DNA of 64,000 nt from Thermoanaerobaculia bacterium (GTDB lineage: Bacteria; Acidobacteriota; Thermoanaerobaculia; Multivoradales; JAIOJS01). The notes under the pieces were generated by a model. The model had not been told where the DNA came from and did no database searches. It worked only from the letters and a program-made list of their open reading frames with translations. Each line of letters begins with the position of its first letter. Positions within the stretch are counted from its first letter, which is position 1. The translations under genes were made by a program, and so were the position numbers. The stretch is from assembly GCA_963837455.1 (NCBI GenBank), contig CAWINM010000015.1, positions 384 to 64,383 of the forward strand. The letters run 5' to 3'. Positions 1 to 10,324 of the stretch are shown here, one piece after another.

Positions 1-417
1 CGAGCAGCGCCTCGATCCGGAGCACTTCGTGCGCATCCACCGCTCGGAACGATCGTCAATCTCGACCGCGTTCGCGAGCTGCGGCCGACGGTGTCGGGGT
101 GCTATCGGGCAGTGCTCGCCAATGGCGTCGAGTTCTCTCTCTTCCGCGGTTACCGACGTCGCCTCCTGGGCGCGCGCGGGCCGGACCTGATGAACCCTCG
201 GATCGGTCGGAGCACTGCCACGGCACCCTCGGGCACCCGCCGGTCGTCGGCCTTAGGCGGGCGCCGCGTCGCAGATCTGCCGCAGCGCTCGCACGATCAC
301 GGCGATCTGGTCGAACGGGATTCCGCCGTAGCCGCGAGGACCTCAAACTTGCTGTCGACCGTTAAGGTGGATCGAACGATTCGCGCTGCGATGCGATACA
401 CGATGAGCTCCGAGTGA
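1..417 (+). pseudogene. C-terminal LytTR DNA-binding domain of a response regulator entering from upstream. There is a frame switch near nt 45, and the tail after about nt 190 is doubtful.
   Basis: Frame 2 reads EQRLDPEHFVRIHRS. Frame 1 continues TIVNLDRVRELRP..YRAVLANGVEFSLFRGYRRRLL, a LytTR signature. The frame-1 ORF stays open to TGA 415-417, which overlaps the next GTG. Confidence 0.5.
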
Positions 418-962
418 AGAAAGGCTTCGTCATCGGCTTTCTCACGGCGATCGCCGCCTCGGTGATTGCTCTCTCGCTGTTCCTGGCCGGCGGCGGCCTC
501 CACGCCGGGCAGGATGTGAAGCCGAGTAGGTACGAAAGGTGGGTGGCGAAGAGCGGGCTGCACGCCACCATTCGTCGCGAAACGCAGGGCCTGAAGAGCC
601 CCCTCGAGGCCACGGACGAGAACTTGATCACGGGCGCGGCGCTCTATGACCGGCATTGCCGCGTGTGTCACGCTGGTTCCGACGGCGTCTTGTCGCCCAT
701 CGCTAAGGGCTTGACTCCTCAGGCGCCGCCGCTCGCCACGTACGGCGTCGACGACGATCCGGTGCCCACTACGTATTGGAAGATCGCACACGGGATCCGA
801 TTCACCGGCATGCCCGGATTCCGCGCGACGCTCAGCGAGACCGAGATCTGGCAGCTCGCGCTGTTCGTGGCGAACTTGAAGACTCTGCCACCCGGAGCGC
901 ACGCCGTGTGGCTGCGCCAGACGGCCGGAAACCGAGCCGGCGTCGACCCTCCCAGGTCGTGA
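414..962 (+). CDS. membrane-anchored mono-haem c-type cytochrome
   Basis: N-terminal TM helix (FVIGFLTAIAASVIALSLFLAGG). CRVCH haem-binding motif. Distal GMPGF with a Met ligand candidate. The GTG start overlaps the upstream stop (GTGA). Confidence 0.8.
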   Translation: MKKGFVIGFLTAIAASVIALSLFLAGGGLHAGQDVKPSRYERWVAKSGLHATIRRETQGLKSPLEATDENLITGAALYDRHCRVCHAGSDGVLSPIAKGLTPQAPPLATYGVDDDPVPTTYWKIAHGIRFTGMPGFRATLSETEIWQLALFVANLKTLPPGAHAVWLRQTAGNRAGVDPPRS

Positions 963-1015
963 CGGCCGGGCAACGCGACGGGTCCGAGCCCCGCACCCGA
1001 CCGGGAGCGGCAGGC

Positions 1016-1598
1016 TTGAGACTGGACCCGACCACCCGTTGGCTGCACGCCGGCCTCGCTCTCGGAGTGGTCGCGCAGATGGTGCTCGGCACCCTGATGA
1101 CCGTTCCACCGGGCCCAGGCCTCGGGGTTTTCGACTGGCACCGCAGGCTTTCGAGATCCACGCCCGGGTGGGCTTGCCGTGGCGCTGGTTTGCGCGCTGT
1201 ATTGGGCGTGGATCTGCTCGCCTTTCTCAAGGCTTCGCCTCGTAGACCTTTTCACGTGGACGCGGCGGCAGGGCCGCGCCGCTCTGCGGCGAGAGATCGT
1301 GAGCTTTGTGCGCTTCGGGGCTCGATCGAGGCGCGACCCCGGGCAAATGGCCGGCGCCGTCGACGGCCTCGCGCTCGCTGCCGTCACGGGAAGTGCGGCG
1401 GGTGGATTCGTCAACTATCTGGGCTATTTCCTTCGCGTCCCCATCCCGCATTCGTTCCTACACGTGATGTCGCTGTGGCACGTCGCCCTGGGCTATCTGG
1501 TGTGGACGTTTGTGCTCGCTCACCTGCTCGCGATCGGCCTGCGGGCGGCCGCCTCACCGGCGACTGGAGAAGTGACGCACGACGAACGTGATCGGTAG
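1016..1598 (+). pseudogene. cytochrome b561 (CybB-like) membrane protein, split over three frames
   Basis: Three pieces lie in consecutive frames: RLDPTTRWLHAGLALGVVAQMVLGTLM (frame of ORF 776..1591), FEIHARVGL (ORF 1039..1245), then ALVCALYWAWI...HVALGYLVWTFVLAHLLAIGL (ORF 1179..1598). Switches are at about 1145 and 1180. The TTG start is tentative. Confidence 0.5.
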
Positions 1599-2351
1599 GC
1601 GGATCATGCAGGTGAGTCGGGTGCGCGCGAGGTAGAACACGGTGGCGGCTGAGAACGCGATGAAGAGTGACACGCCGCGCCGAGGGCGGCGCTCGCTCGC
1701 CCGCTCGCGAACGACTTGCTCCCGAGCAGTGCGCTGGCGAGCCCGCCAAGAAGATGGCACGGCATCCCGGCCTCGAAAAGTTGTCCCTGTGCGTCCGTCC
1801 CCGAGTCTGCGCGCGGTCAGCGCCTCGCGAACACCAGTAGATCCGCGTTGAGGCGCTCCGCGTGGGTGATCGGCAAACCGCGTGCCGCGCCCTCGTGGAC
1901 CTCGAGCTCCCGCCAACGGGACGAAGGCGAGGCTCCCAATTCAGGTCGTCAGCGGAGGGTCTGGTGTTGGGCGGCGAGCACGGAAATGGTGATGCGCTGC
2001 GTCGAGCCACCTCATGGTGGCCGTAGACGTCGGCACCGAGAACGGCGACCGCACGGTGCTGATCGACGATCCGGGTCCAGACGCCTGCGGCGGCTCGACC
2101 TACGCGGTCAAGTATCTGTACTTTGTTAGCTCCCAGGCGAAGAGTGGCCACTACCGCCGACACGGAACCGACTACTTCCGGCTGCAACCGAGCCTGGCCG
2201 CGCCTTCCTGCCGCGAGCAGGTCGTGACGCCACTCCCCTGCCCGGAAACCGGAGCACCGCGACACTTCATCTCGGACCCAAAGAACTTCGATCTGGTCTC
2301 GCGGAAGCAAACAAGTTCCTGGGTTCGCTGAAACCCGCCTGGGGGCCGACC

Positions 2352-2800
2352 ATGGGCTTCCCTCTCCCCCTGACCCAGCCCGTGAGCGTGACCGAATCTC
2401 TCGACGTGTACATCCTGGAGCTGGACAAGAACACGCCCCTCGGCGCGAGCTTCGACGCCTTTCTGTTCCCGGTCGGCTCGGCGGAGCAGCGGGACTACCT
2501 CTTGCGGCGAGGCGACGGGGATCTCGGCGTGCTCACCGCCTACGACGCGCTGCACGGCTGGGAGGCAGCGGCGGTCGGCCGGCGGCCGCCCGCCCTCGAT
2601 GCATTCCGCCCACGGCACACCGTCCTCGACTCGCACGCCGGCATCACGGGGCCGATCTCGGCCGGCGACTTCGCCGAGGTTCGCGTCCCGGTGTTCAATA
2701 CCACCTTCCTGCTCTACCGCACTCCCTCCGCGAAGCTCTTGATTCCGTTGCAGCCGGATCCTCGCCTCCCCTCGGGTACCTGTGGCGCTGGGGTGATGCG
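2352..2800 (+). CDS. hypothetical protein (3' end uncertain)
   Basis: High third-position GC in this frame from ATG 2352 to about 2790. I recognise no family. The coding signal switches strand after about 2800. Confidence 0.3.
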
Positions 2801-2933
2801 TGGCGTGGCGGTCGATGCCGATTGCCTCTTTCGATCGCCGTCCTACCGTCGAGGAGGGCGTCCTGCGCCTTGTCGCCGGCGTAGCCCGCGTGTGGCCAGA
2901 GGTCGTCGGTGGCGGCGAGCGAGTTGGTGAGGT

Positions 2934-3218
2934 CCTGGGCACCGATCGCGAGGCGGCGTCGGCCGCCAGATCGCCAGCCGCAACCTCGACCCGCGCTCGC
3001 AGCGGCTCAACCGCGAGCTGGCGCTGGTGGTGGACGACCCCGAGCTCGCCGCCGAGCTGCGCCAGCGGATGGATCGCCACCTCGCCAACCCGGTGCGCAT
3101 CGACGAGCGCGGGTACCCCACGGGCGCCAGCGAGCGCTACCCGGGCGTGCCGCGCCGCAAGGTGTGGGAGCTGCGGCTGCTGCGGCTGCTGGCGCCGCTG
3201 GTGCGCGGCCAGCTCTGA
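2934..3218 (+). pseudogene. orphan C-terminal fragment of a phospholipase D / cardiolipin-synthase-family protein
   Basis: Reads ..IASRNLDPRSQRLNRELALVVDDPELAAELRQRMDRHL.., which is the post-HKD C-terminal segment of PLD-family enzymes. Third-position GC is near 100%. An in-frame TGA lies just upstream and there is no N-terminal part. Confidence 0.5.
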
Positions 3219-3304
3219 CCGCCGCCAGGCGGCAGCCGCCGTCCGCCCAACGCACCCATAGAATGGCCGTGGCAGCGACCCCGATGCTCGCCAAGGAGGT
3301 ACGG

Positions 3305-4057
3305 ATGCGCGCGTTTTCGGTCGGAGGCTTCGCCGCGGTGCTCCTCCTGCTCGGCTCGCAAGCCGTGGCACCGGCGCGCGCCGCCGAGGATGTCGCCGCG
3401 GTGCTGCAAGGCCAGGCTCAGGATCTGTTCGACGCCATCAGCAGCGGCAAGGGTGAGGTCTGGGACCGCCTCCTCGATGCCGATGCCCGCATCACCGCAG
3501 AGGACGGCTCGGTGTCGACCAAGGCCGAGATGGTGGCGCAGGTGAAGCCGCTGCCGGAGGGGGTCTCCGGCACCATCACCGTCACCGACTTCCAGGCCAC
3601 CGTCCACGGCTCGGTAGCGATCGCGACCTACGTCACCGACGAGCACGAGCAGTACCACGGGCACTCGCTGCACTGCCACTACCGCTCCACCGATACCTGG
3701 GTGCGGAGCCCTGCGGGGTGGCGCCTGCTGGCCAGCCAGGTGCTCGCCCTGCGCACGGATCCGCCTGCGATCGAGCTCGCCCCCGAGCAGGTCGCCAGCT
3801 ACCTCGGCCGCTACAACCTGGCGCCGGGCATCGACTACGAGATCCGGCTCGTCGACGGCGCCCTGCAGGGGCAGCGCAGCGGGCGCCCCGCCGAGACTCT
3901 GCGCGTCGAGGCGCCCGACGTCCTCTTCGTGCCCGGCTCGCCCCGCTATCGGAAGATCTTCCACCGCGACGCCGCCGGCAAGGTCACCGGCTTCGCCGAG
4001 CGGCGCGAGGCATGGGACCTCGACTGGTCGCGGGTGGGCGACCGCACCGGCGGCTGA
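3305..4057 (+). CDS. secreted DUF4440 (SnoaL/NTF2-like) plus DUF3471-like domain protein
   Basis: AAGGAGG RBS 5 nt before ATG 3305. Signal peptide MRAFSVGGFAAVLLLLGSQAVAPARA. The C-terminus (YLGRYNLAPGIDYEIRLVDGAL..) resembles the DUF3471 repeats of the hydrolase at 6725-8381. Confidence 0.6.
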   Translation: MRAFSVGGFAAVLLLLGSQAVAPARAAEDVAAVLQGQAQDLFDAISSGKGEVWDRLLDADARITAEDGSVSTKAEMVAQVKPLPEGVSGTITVTDFQATVHGSVAIATYVTDEHEQYHGHSLHCHYRSTDTWVRSPAGWRLLASQVLALRTDPPAIELAPEQVASYLGRYNLAPGIDYEIRLVDGALQGQRSGRPAETLRVEAPDVLFVPGSPRYRKIFHRDAAGKVTGFAERREAWDLDWSRVGDRTGG

Positions 4058-4338
4058 ACGCGCCGTCGGCCTTGGCGACTGGCCGCGAGCCGGCCGGTCG
4101 TGCCAACGAGCCGCGCCCCAGGAAGGTCGGACCTCTCACCGTCCATTGGACCGGGCTCGGGGAGCAGAGCAGCCGGCTGAGGTTCCGGCCAACGCCTGGC
4201 AGGCTCGCGGAAGCTCCGCGCCAGACCCTCCGCGGCGTCCTTGCCCTGTCGTCTTCGTGGCCACCTTTGCGATCTCCTGGGTAGGCGCCGCTCGGGTCTT
4301 GGCCCGGCGCCACGGCACCACGACCCGAGGAGACGCGA

Positions 4339-5986
4339 ATGAACCGCTCCTGGATGGCACTGTCCCTCGCCATGACCGCCCTCGCCACACCGGCATCGTC
4401 GACCACCATCACCGTCACCACCGACGTCGACGACGTCACCGTCAATGGCAACTGCACGCTGCGCGAGGCGATCCAGGCGGCGCAGACCGACCTCGGCGTG
4501 GATGCGTGTGCGGCCGGCTCGCCGACGCTGCCCGACACCGTGCTCATCCCCGGCAACCCCACGCTCGCGCTCGGAACCCTCGCCGTGGTCTCGGGCTCCG
4601 GACCGCTGGTCCTGCGCGGCACCGCATCTCCCGGCCCCTCGGTCCTCAACGGCTCGTTCTCCGACCCGCAGCTCATCCTCAGCGTGGGGCCGGGCGCCGA
4701 CGTCACGGTCGACTCGCTCGAGCTGCGGGTCGGCGGCTTCGGGGCGATCCGCGCCCAGAACGCGACCCTCGCCCTCCACGACGACGTCTTCGGCTTCGAC
4801 TTCGGCTCCTTTGGTGGCGCCCTCAGCTACACGGCCGCCGGCGCCGTCAGCCTGACGGTCGAGCGCTGCGTCTTCTCGGGCAACGGCGCCAACAACGACA
4901 TGGGTGACGCCTTCGGAGGAGGGGCGCGTGTCGCCGTGCAGGCGGGCGCCCGCGCGCGCATCGTCGACTCGACCTTCCTGGGCAACCAGGTGTCGTCAGT
5001 GGACAACGCCATCGGCGGAGGGCTGCATGGCTTCGTGGGAGCCGCGTCCTCGCTCGAGATCGTGCGCTCGACCTTCGACCTCAACCAGGTCGACCCCGGA
5101 GTGGGCGGCGCCGGCGAGGGGCTCGGGAGCCTGGCTGTCCGCGAGCGGAGCCGGTGCGCGAATCGCAGTGGTCGACTCCGTCTTCACCTCGAACCACACC
5201 GTCGCGCCCGGTCCCAACGCCCCGACAGGAGCCCTTCATATCGAGGTGTCCAGCGGCGCCACCCTGGTTCTCGACCGCTTGCGCCTGGAGCACGACGACG
5301 CTGGAGGCCAGGGCCAGCACCTCGTGGTGCTCGCCACCGGCAACGCCACCATCTCCGCCACCAACCTCCTCATCGCCGATGGACCGGAGACCGGCTTCAA
5401 CCTGCAGTGCGCGGACGGCAGACTGCCTCGTCGGGCACGTCACCCTCGCCGGCCACGGCACGCGCGCCGCGATCCTCGCCGCCAACGGCACGGGCGCGCT
5501 GCGGCTGGAGAACTCGATCCTCTTGGACAGCGAGGCGCTGGCGGCTGAGCGGGCCGGTGATCATCGACCCCTCGACGCTTCGGCGACGGCAGCGACCCCG
5601 GTCTTCGCTCGATGCTTCCAGCGACGACTACTCGCTCGCCGCCGGCTCGCCGGCATGGACTTCGGCAACTCGGCTCTGGCGAGCGTCCACGCCCTCGACG
5701 CCGCGCACGGCCCGCGCGTGGTTGGGCCTCAGACCGACGCGGGCGCCTTCGAGCTCGGCGCGCTCTTCGAGGACGGGCTGGAGAGCGGCGACGTCGGCGC
5801 CTGGAGCGAGTCTCTGCCGACGAGGGCGGCGGCCGCGGCATATTGGTCGATCCCTCATTCACCTTCGACCTCTCGCTCGCGAACAGCGTCGTCGCCGGCA
5901 ACACCGACGGCGGCGGTACGGCGATCGACTCCGACTTCTACTTCGAGCGCGGCGACACCCTGCTGTGGAGCGCCGAGGCGCCGTAA
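4339..5986 (+). pseudogene. secreted right-handed beta-helix protein (CxLREAI / choice-of-anchor-Q-like), at least five frame switches
   Basis: Signal peptide, then NGNCTLREAIQAAQ. Repeated ..GGA..V....F.GN.. turns continue through ORFs 4339.., 4904.., 5154.. and 5612..5986 in different frames. Confidence 0.6.
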
Positions 5987-6151
5987 CCGCGTAGGACGGA
6001 AAATCACGATCGGCGCGCCGAGGCGGCGCCGGCCGGAGACGTCGGGCGCGCTAGCCGCGTCCCTTCGCCGCTGGCGGCAAGGGGCATCGGCGGCGTGACG
6101 GCGCCGGCCGTCCCTGTGTACGCTTGTCGCCTTCAGGTGGAGGTGGAAGGC

Positions 6152-6712
6152 ATGGCATGGATCCGGACGATTCCATTCCCCGCGGCGGACGCGGCCCTGC
6201 AGCGGGCCCTCGAGGGGCAGCGCGCCCTCTACCCCCCGGAGTACGCCCGCGACGCGAGCGACGATGGCAGCACCAGCATCGTGGCCTCGCACACTCTCAT
6301 CCCCGACGCCCTCTACCACGCCTTCGCCACCTTCGGCGTGCTGATGGCGCCCGAGCTGCCTCTGTCGCGCCGGCAGCACGAGATGATCGCCACCCGCGTC
6401 TCGGCGCTCAACCGGTGCCAGTATTGAATCCAGGCCCACGCAGAGTTTCTGCGTCGCGTGACCCTGGATGACGAGCTGGCGCGGTGCCTGCGCGAGGACT
6501 ACGAGAACGCCCCCCTCTCCGCCGCCGAGCGCGCCATGCTCGACTACGCCGGCACGCTGACCGTCGACGCCACGCGCGTCGGGCCCGCCGACCACGAGCG
6601 GCTGCGCACCCACGGCTTCGACGACCGTGGCATCCTGCAGATCACCCTCATCGCCTCCTGGTTCAACTACGTCAACCGGGTGGCGGACGCGCTGGGGATC
6701 GGGCGCGAGTAG
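6152..6712 (+). CDS. AhpD/carboxymuconolactone-decarboxylase-family peroxidase-related protein with in-frame UGA 6425-6427 (candidate selenocysteine)
   Basis: ORFs 6095..6427 and 6458..6712 share one frame. Joined, the sequence reads ..SALNRCQY[TGA]IQAHAEFL.., i.e. CxxU at the family's CxxC..H redox motif. GGAGGTGGAAGG precedes ATG 6152. Confidence 0.7.
6430..6467 (+). promoter_or_regulatory. candidate bacterial SECIS hairpin
   Basis: Perfect 6-bp stem 6438-6443 (ACGCAG) / 6449-6454 (CUGCGU) with loop AGUUU. An outer 5-bp stem pairs 6430-6434 (CCAGG) with 6463-6467 (CCUGG). The loop G lies about 18 nt 3' of the UGA. Confidence 0.45.
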
Positions 6713-6724
6713 CCGCCGCCGCGG

Positions 6725-8381
6725 CTACTTCCTGGGAGCCCGCATGTCGAGGCCGTTCTGGTGCAGCGTCACGGCCACCACCTTGGCGGCCTGGTCGCGC
6801 TCGAAGGTGAGCGCGGCCGCCACCAGGTCGTACTCGAAGCGGTCCTTGCCGACGCAGTAGACCGGCAGCGCCTGCTGGCCGGTGAGCATCGCCAGCAGCA
6901 CCTCGCCGCGCGTCGAGACGGTGATCTTCGAGCCCGGTTGGAAGGCGCCGAAGTCGTAGTCGCCCACGTACTCGGCGAGCGCCGCGGCGTTGGGGAACTC
7001 GATGTGCGGGGGCGGTGAGTCGTCGCGCGTGAGCGGGGAGATCGCGACCGTTCTGGTGCAGGGTCAGCCCACCGACCTTGCCGCCGGCGTCGCGGTGGAA
7101 GCTAAGCTGGGCGTCGACGACCCGGTAGAAGAACTCGTCCCTGGCGCTGGCGAAGATGGGAAGGAACGGCTGCCCGGTAAGCCGCGCCACCAGGCCGTCG
7201 CCGCGGCGCACGATGGTGAAGCGCGCCTGCTTGTCGATGGGGTAGACGCCGACGTAGTCGTCGAGGGTGGCGAGCGGCAGGGTGACCTCCACCCGGGCGG
7301 CGTGCTCTTCGCCTGCCGTCTGCCACGTTGCCAGCCAGGCGAGCGGATTGGCGACCGCGTTGCTCGCCAGCACGACGACGCCGCGACCCTTGGCGGGCCA
7401 CACCTCGACGATGCTGCGGTAGCCGCCGGTGCCGCCCTCGTGCCCATAGCTGTCGCCCCAGCCGTCGCCATGGTCGAGGGTCACGTGCTCGAGCGCCAGG
7501 CCCACCTTGCCCCCGATCAGCGGCATCTCGACGTAGTCGCCGGCGAGGATGGGCCATGCCTTGCCCAGCGGCCCCTCACGCCCGGCGAGTAGGGCATCGG
7601 CGAGCTTGCTCATGTCGGCCGTCGTCGAGTGCAGGGCGCCGGCGCCGGCGATCGCCTCGAACGTCCACTCGTGGGCGGGCTCGGTACCGTTCCACGGTTG
7701 GGCGAGCCGGCCACGCTGCTCCGCCGAGAGCTGCTGCACGGTGTCGACCAGGCCGAGCGGAGCGGCGATCCTCTCCTGCACGAGGGTCGCCCACGGTTTG
7801 CCATGGACCCGCTCGAGCACCACCCCGAGAGCTCCGAACCCGAGGTTGGAGTAGGCCGGCGCGCACGGGGGCTGCCCTTCGACCTGGGCAGACTTCAGGT
7901 ACTCGAACAGCGCCCGGTCGTCGTACTGGGCGTAGGGGTCGGCGAGGTCGGCGTGCATCATGTTGTCCGGCAGCCGCGGCAGGCAGGAGGTGTGGGTCGC
8001 CAGCTGCCGCAGCGTGACGCCCCCGGTCTGCGGGTGCTCGAACGCGACCGGCAGGCGCTTCGCGAGCGTGTCGTCGAGAGAGAGCTTGCCCTCGACGACC
8101 GCATCGGCGAGCAGGATGCCCGTGAAGACCTTCGAGATCGAGCCGATCTCGAACAGCACCTTCTCGGGCGCGACTTCGGCGTGCCCGGCGGCGAAGGGCT
8201 CGCCGGCGAGGGCGTACCGCCACCGCCCGTCGCGCCTCTCGGCAGTGGCGATGGCACCATGGCCGAGGGTCGGCGCCAGGCTCGCCGCTTCGACGGCGAA
8301 CGGCGGCCTCTCGCCAGCCTGGGCCCCCGTGCGGGCGAGCACGAGCAGGATGAGGAGGAGGGACGGTGGCAGTCGTCTCAT
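6725..8381 (-). pseudogene. secreted serine hydrolase (class C beta-lactamase/PBP family) with two C-terminal DUF3471 repeats; one frame switch near 7045
   Basis: Signal peptide MRRLPPSLLLILLVLARTGAQA. SISK (SxxK) motif and YSN motif. The last repeat (ORF 6725..6967) is in a different frame from the body (ORF 6672..9011). Confidence 0.75.
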
Positions 8382-8744
8382 GGCTCGAGTCCTCGAATGC
8401 GGGCGCCTCGGGCTCGGGGCGCCAGTAGAAGGTGCCTGACATCGGCCGCAACACCGTCGCGGCCCGCGGCAGGTGACGTCCAACCCAATACGTGCGAGGC
8501 GGGTGGGTTGATTCCCCGGGCACTGCCCCGGGTGGCGCGAGAGTCTCGCTCGCCAGCGTCTGCTCGCCGGCCACCCGCAGGAGGCGCGAGCTCTCGCGCC
8601 GTGCGCTCGAGATGTCGCAGCTCGATCGCCCGCCCGTGAGCCGAGGTTGGCCCCGATGCCCAGGCGTGCAAGAAGCTCGCGCCACCGCTCTGGTACTGTG
8701 GCTGCGCCGAGTCGCGTTCCCGTCGACCAGAAAAGGAGGCGCAG

Positions 8745-8948
8745 ATGTCCGTCGCCAAGGTCTCCGAGATCAGCAGCACGTCCAGCAAGAGCTTCGAGGA
8801 TGCCGTCCAGCAGGGCCTCGCCCGCGCCTCGAAGACGCTTCGCCACATCAAGAGCGCCTGGATCAAGGAGCAGCACGTGCGCTGCGACGACGGCAAGATC
8901 GTCGAGTATCAGGTCAACATGATGGTGACCTTCATCATCGACGACTAG
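8745..8948 (+). CDS. dodecin-family flavin-binding protein
   Basis: 67 aa: MSVAKVSEISSTSSKSFEDAVQQGLARASKTLRHIKSAWIKEQ..GKIVEYQVNMMVTF. AAAGGAGG RBS upstream. Confidence 0.8.
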   Translation: MSVAKVSEISSTSSKSFEDAVQQGLARASKTLRHIKSAWIKEQHVRCDDGKIVEYQVNMMVTFIIDD

Positions 8949-9011
8949 CCGGAGCGCCGGAACGTCCAGCGGCGGCCGGCCGGACCGTCGCTCGGGCGCC
9001 GCCGCCGCCAC

Positions 9012-9659
9012 TCAGCGATTGGGGTTCAGCAGCCCGCCGAGCAGGTCGCCGAGGTCGCCAGCTTCGCCTTCGCGGTCGGTCTCCTCGCCGTCGCCTCCTC
9101 GGCCTCCCAGCAGGCCGCCGAGCAGGTCTCCGAGCCCGCCGCCGCCGGCCGCGCCGCCTTGCAGGCCGCTGAGCGCGGCACCGAGGAGGTCGCCGAGCCC
9201 ACCGCCGCCTTGCGACAGGAGGCCGGCTTCGGGCCCCGCGCCGCCCTGCCGGCGGGCCCTGCTCAGCGCCCCGAGGACGATCGGCGCGAGCATGGCGAGC
9301 AGGCGCATCACCTGCGCCGCGTCGAGGCCGCTGCGCTGCGCGACGGCCTGGGCAACGGGCTCCCGCCGGTCGCCGAGGATGTGGTGCACGCTGCGGCTGT
9401 CGGCCGGCGTCGGGCCCTGGCCGAAGAAGCCGGCCACGTCGTCGAGGATCGAGCCGTCGTGGTCGCGGTCGAGAGCCGCGAGCAGGGACTGGGCGCCGCC
9501 GGCGGTCGCCGCGTTGCCTTGCAAGGCGCCCAGCAGGGCGGGCAACGCCGCGTGCACGGCGGCGGCGGTCTGCTGCGGCGTGGCGCCGACCTGCGACGCC
9601 AGGTTCTGCACGCTCTCGCCGTCGAGCTGTCGTGCTATCAGTTCGAGGATGGCGGACAC
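9012..9659 (-). CDS. DUF937 domain protein with Gly-rich GDLLGGLL tail
   Basis: AAGGAGG lies 4 nt before GTG 9659. Sequence ILELIARQLDGESVQNLASQVGATPQQTAAAVHAALPALLGAL..; the C-terminus carries repeated GLGDLLGG. Confidence 0.6.
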   Translation of the reverse strand: MSAILELIARQLDGESVQNLASQVGATPQQTAAAVHAALPALLGALQGNAATAGGAQSLLAALDRDHDGSILDDVAGFFGQGPTPADSRSVHHILGDRREPVAQAVAQRSGLDAAQVMRLLAMLAPIVLGALSRARRQGGAGPEAGLLSQGGGGLGDLLGAALSGLQGGAAGGGGLGDLLGGLLGGRGGDGEETDREGEAGDLGDLLGGLLNPNR

Positions 9660-9754
9660 GGGGCCTCCTTGTCGGATCAGCGATGAGGAGGGAGCGACCT
9701 GGCACCTCGCCAACGGATGCCCGCGCACGAGGGACATGCCGGCCGATTCGGCCG

Positions 9755-10123
9755 CTAGCCAGCGGCCTTGTTGGGAATCCGCAGGCGGGCGCCGACCTTG
9801 ATGAGGTCGGGGTTGTCGCCGATGACCTCCCGGTTGGCCTCGTAGATCTCGCGCCATCGCTTGCCGTCGCCCAGCCGGTGCTTGGCGATCAGCGACAAGC
9901 TGTCGCCGCTCTTCACCACGTACTCCTCGAAAGCGCCCGCCGTCTGACCGGCTGGCGCGGGGTTCGCGGCCGCCGCCGGAGCGGCCGCCGCGGCGGGAGC
10001 GGCAGCCGCGGCCTTCGCGCCCTCCTCCCGCTTCCGCTGGGCCTCCAGCAGACGCTGCTGCGCCTGCTCGTAGGCCTCTTTCTCCTGGCGTTCCTTTTCG
10101 TCGCTCTTGCCAAAGAGACTCAC
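9755..10123 (-). CDS. LysM peptidoglycan-binding domain protein
   Basis: GGAAGGAGG RBS before GTG 10123. C-terminal LysM: YVVKSGDSLSLIAKHRLGDGKRWREIYEANREVIGDNPDLIKVGARLRIP. Confidence 0.75.
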   Translation of the reverse strand: MSLFGKSDEKERQEKEAYEQAQQRLLEAQRKREEGAKAAAAAPAAAAAPAAAANPAPAGQTAGAFEEYVVKSGDSLSLIAKHRLGDGKRWREIYEANREVIGDNPDLIKVGARLRIPNKAAG

Positions 10124-10324
10124 GGTGCCTCCTTCCGCAGCGTTGTCGGGGCTCGGCCTCTGCCGCCGCAGTATGGCACTCAGCGGAGCGCTGGTGGTGG
10201 CCCACCGCCGCGCCGCGCCGGCGCCGCCCGTTGGCGGTCGCAGTGGCGCCCGCCAACGATCAGCAGCAACCTACTGCAGGCGCTGGAAGGTGCCGCCCCC
10301 GCCTGCCCTATCATCGGCTCCTCC

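Noticed and set aside
2909-3304. N-terminal 132-codon extension of ORF 2909..4057
   Set aside because: The extension is Arg/Ala/Pro-rich and overlaps the PLD fragment in another frame. A strong AAGGAGG RBS and a signal peptide support the start at ATG 3305.
8400-8744. Possible FMN riboswitch upstream of the dodecin (flavin-binding) gene
   Set aside because: Only a short GATTCCCC-like stretch and a 5-bp hairpin are present. The conserved RFN core helices and junction sequences are not recognisable by eye.
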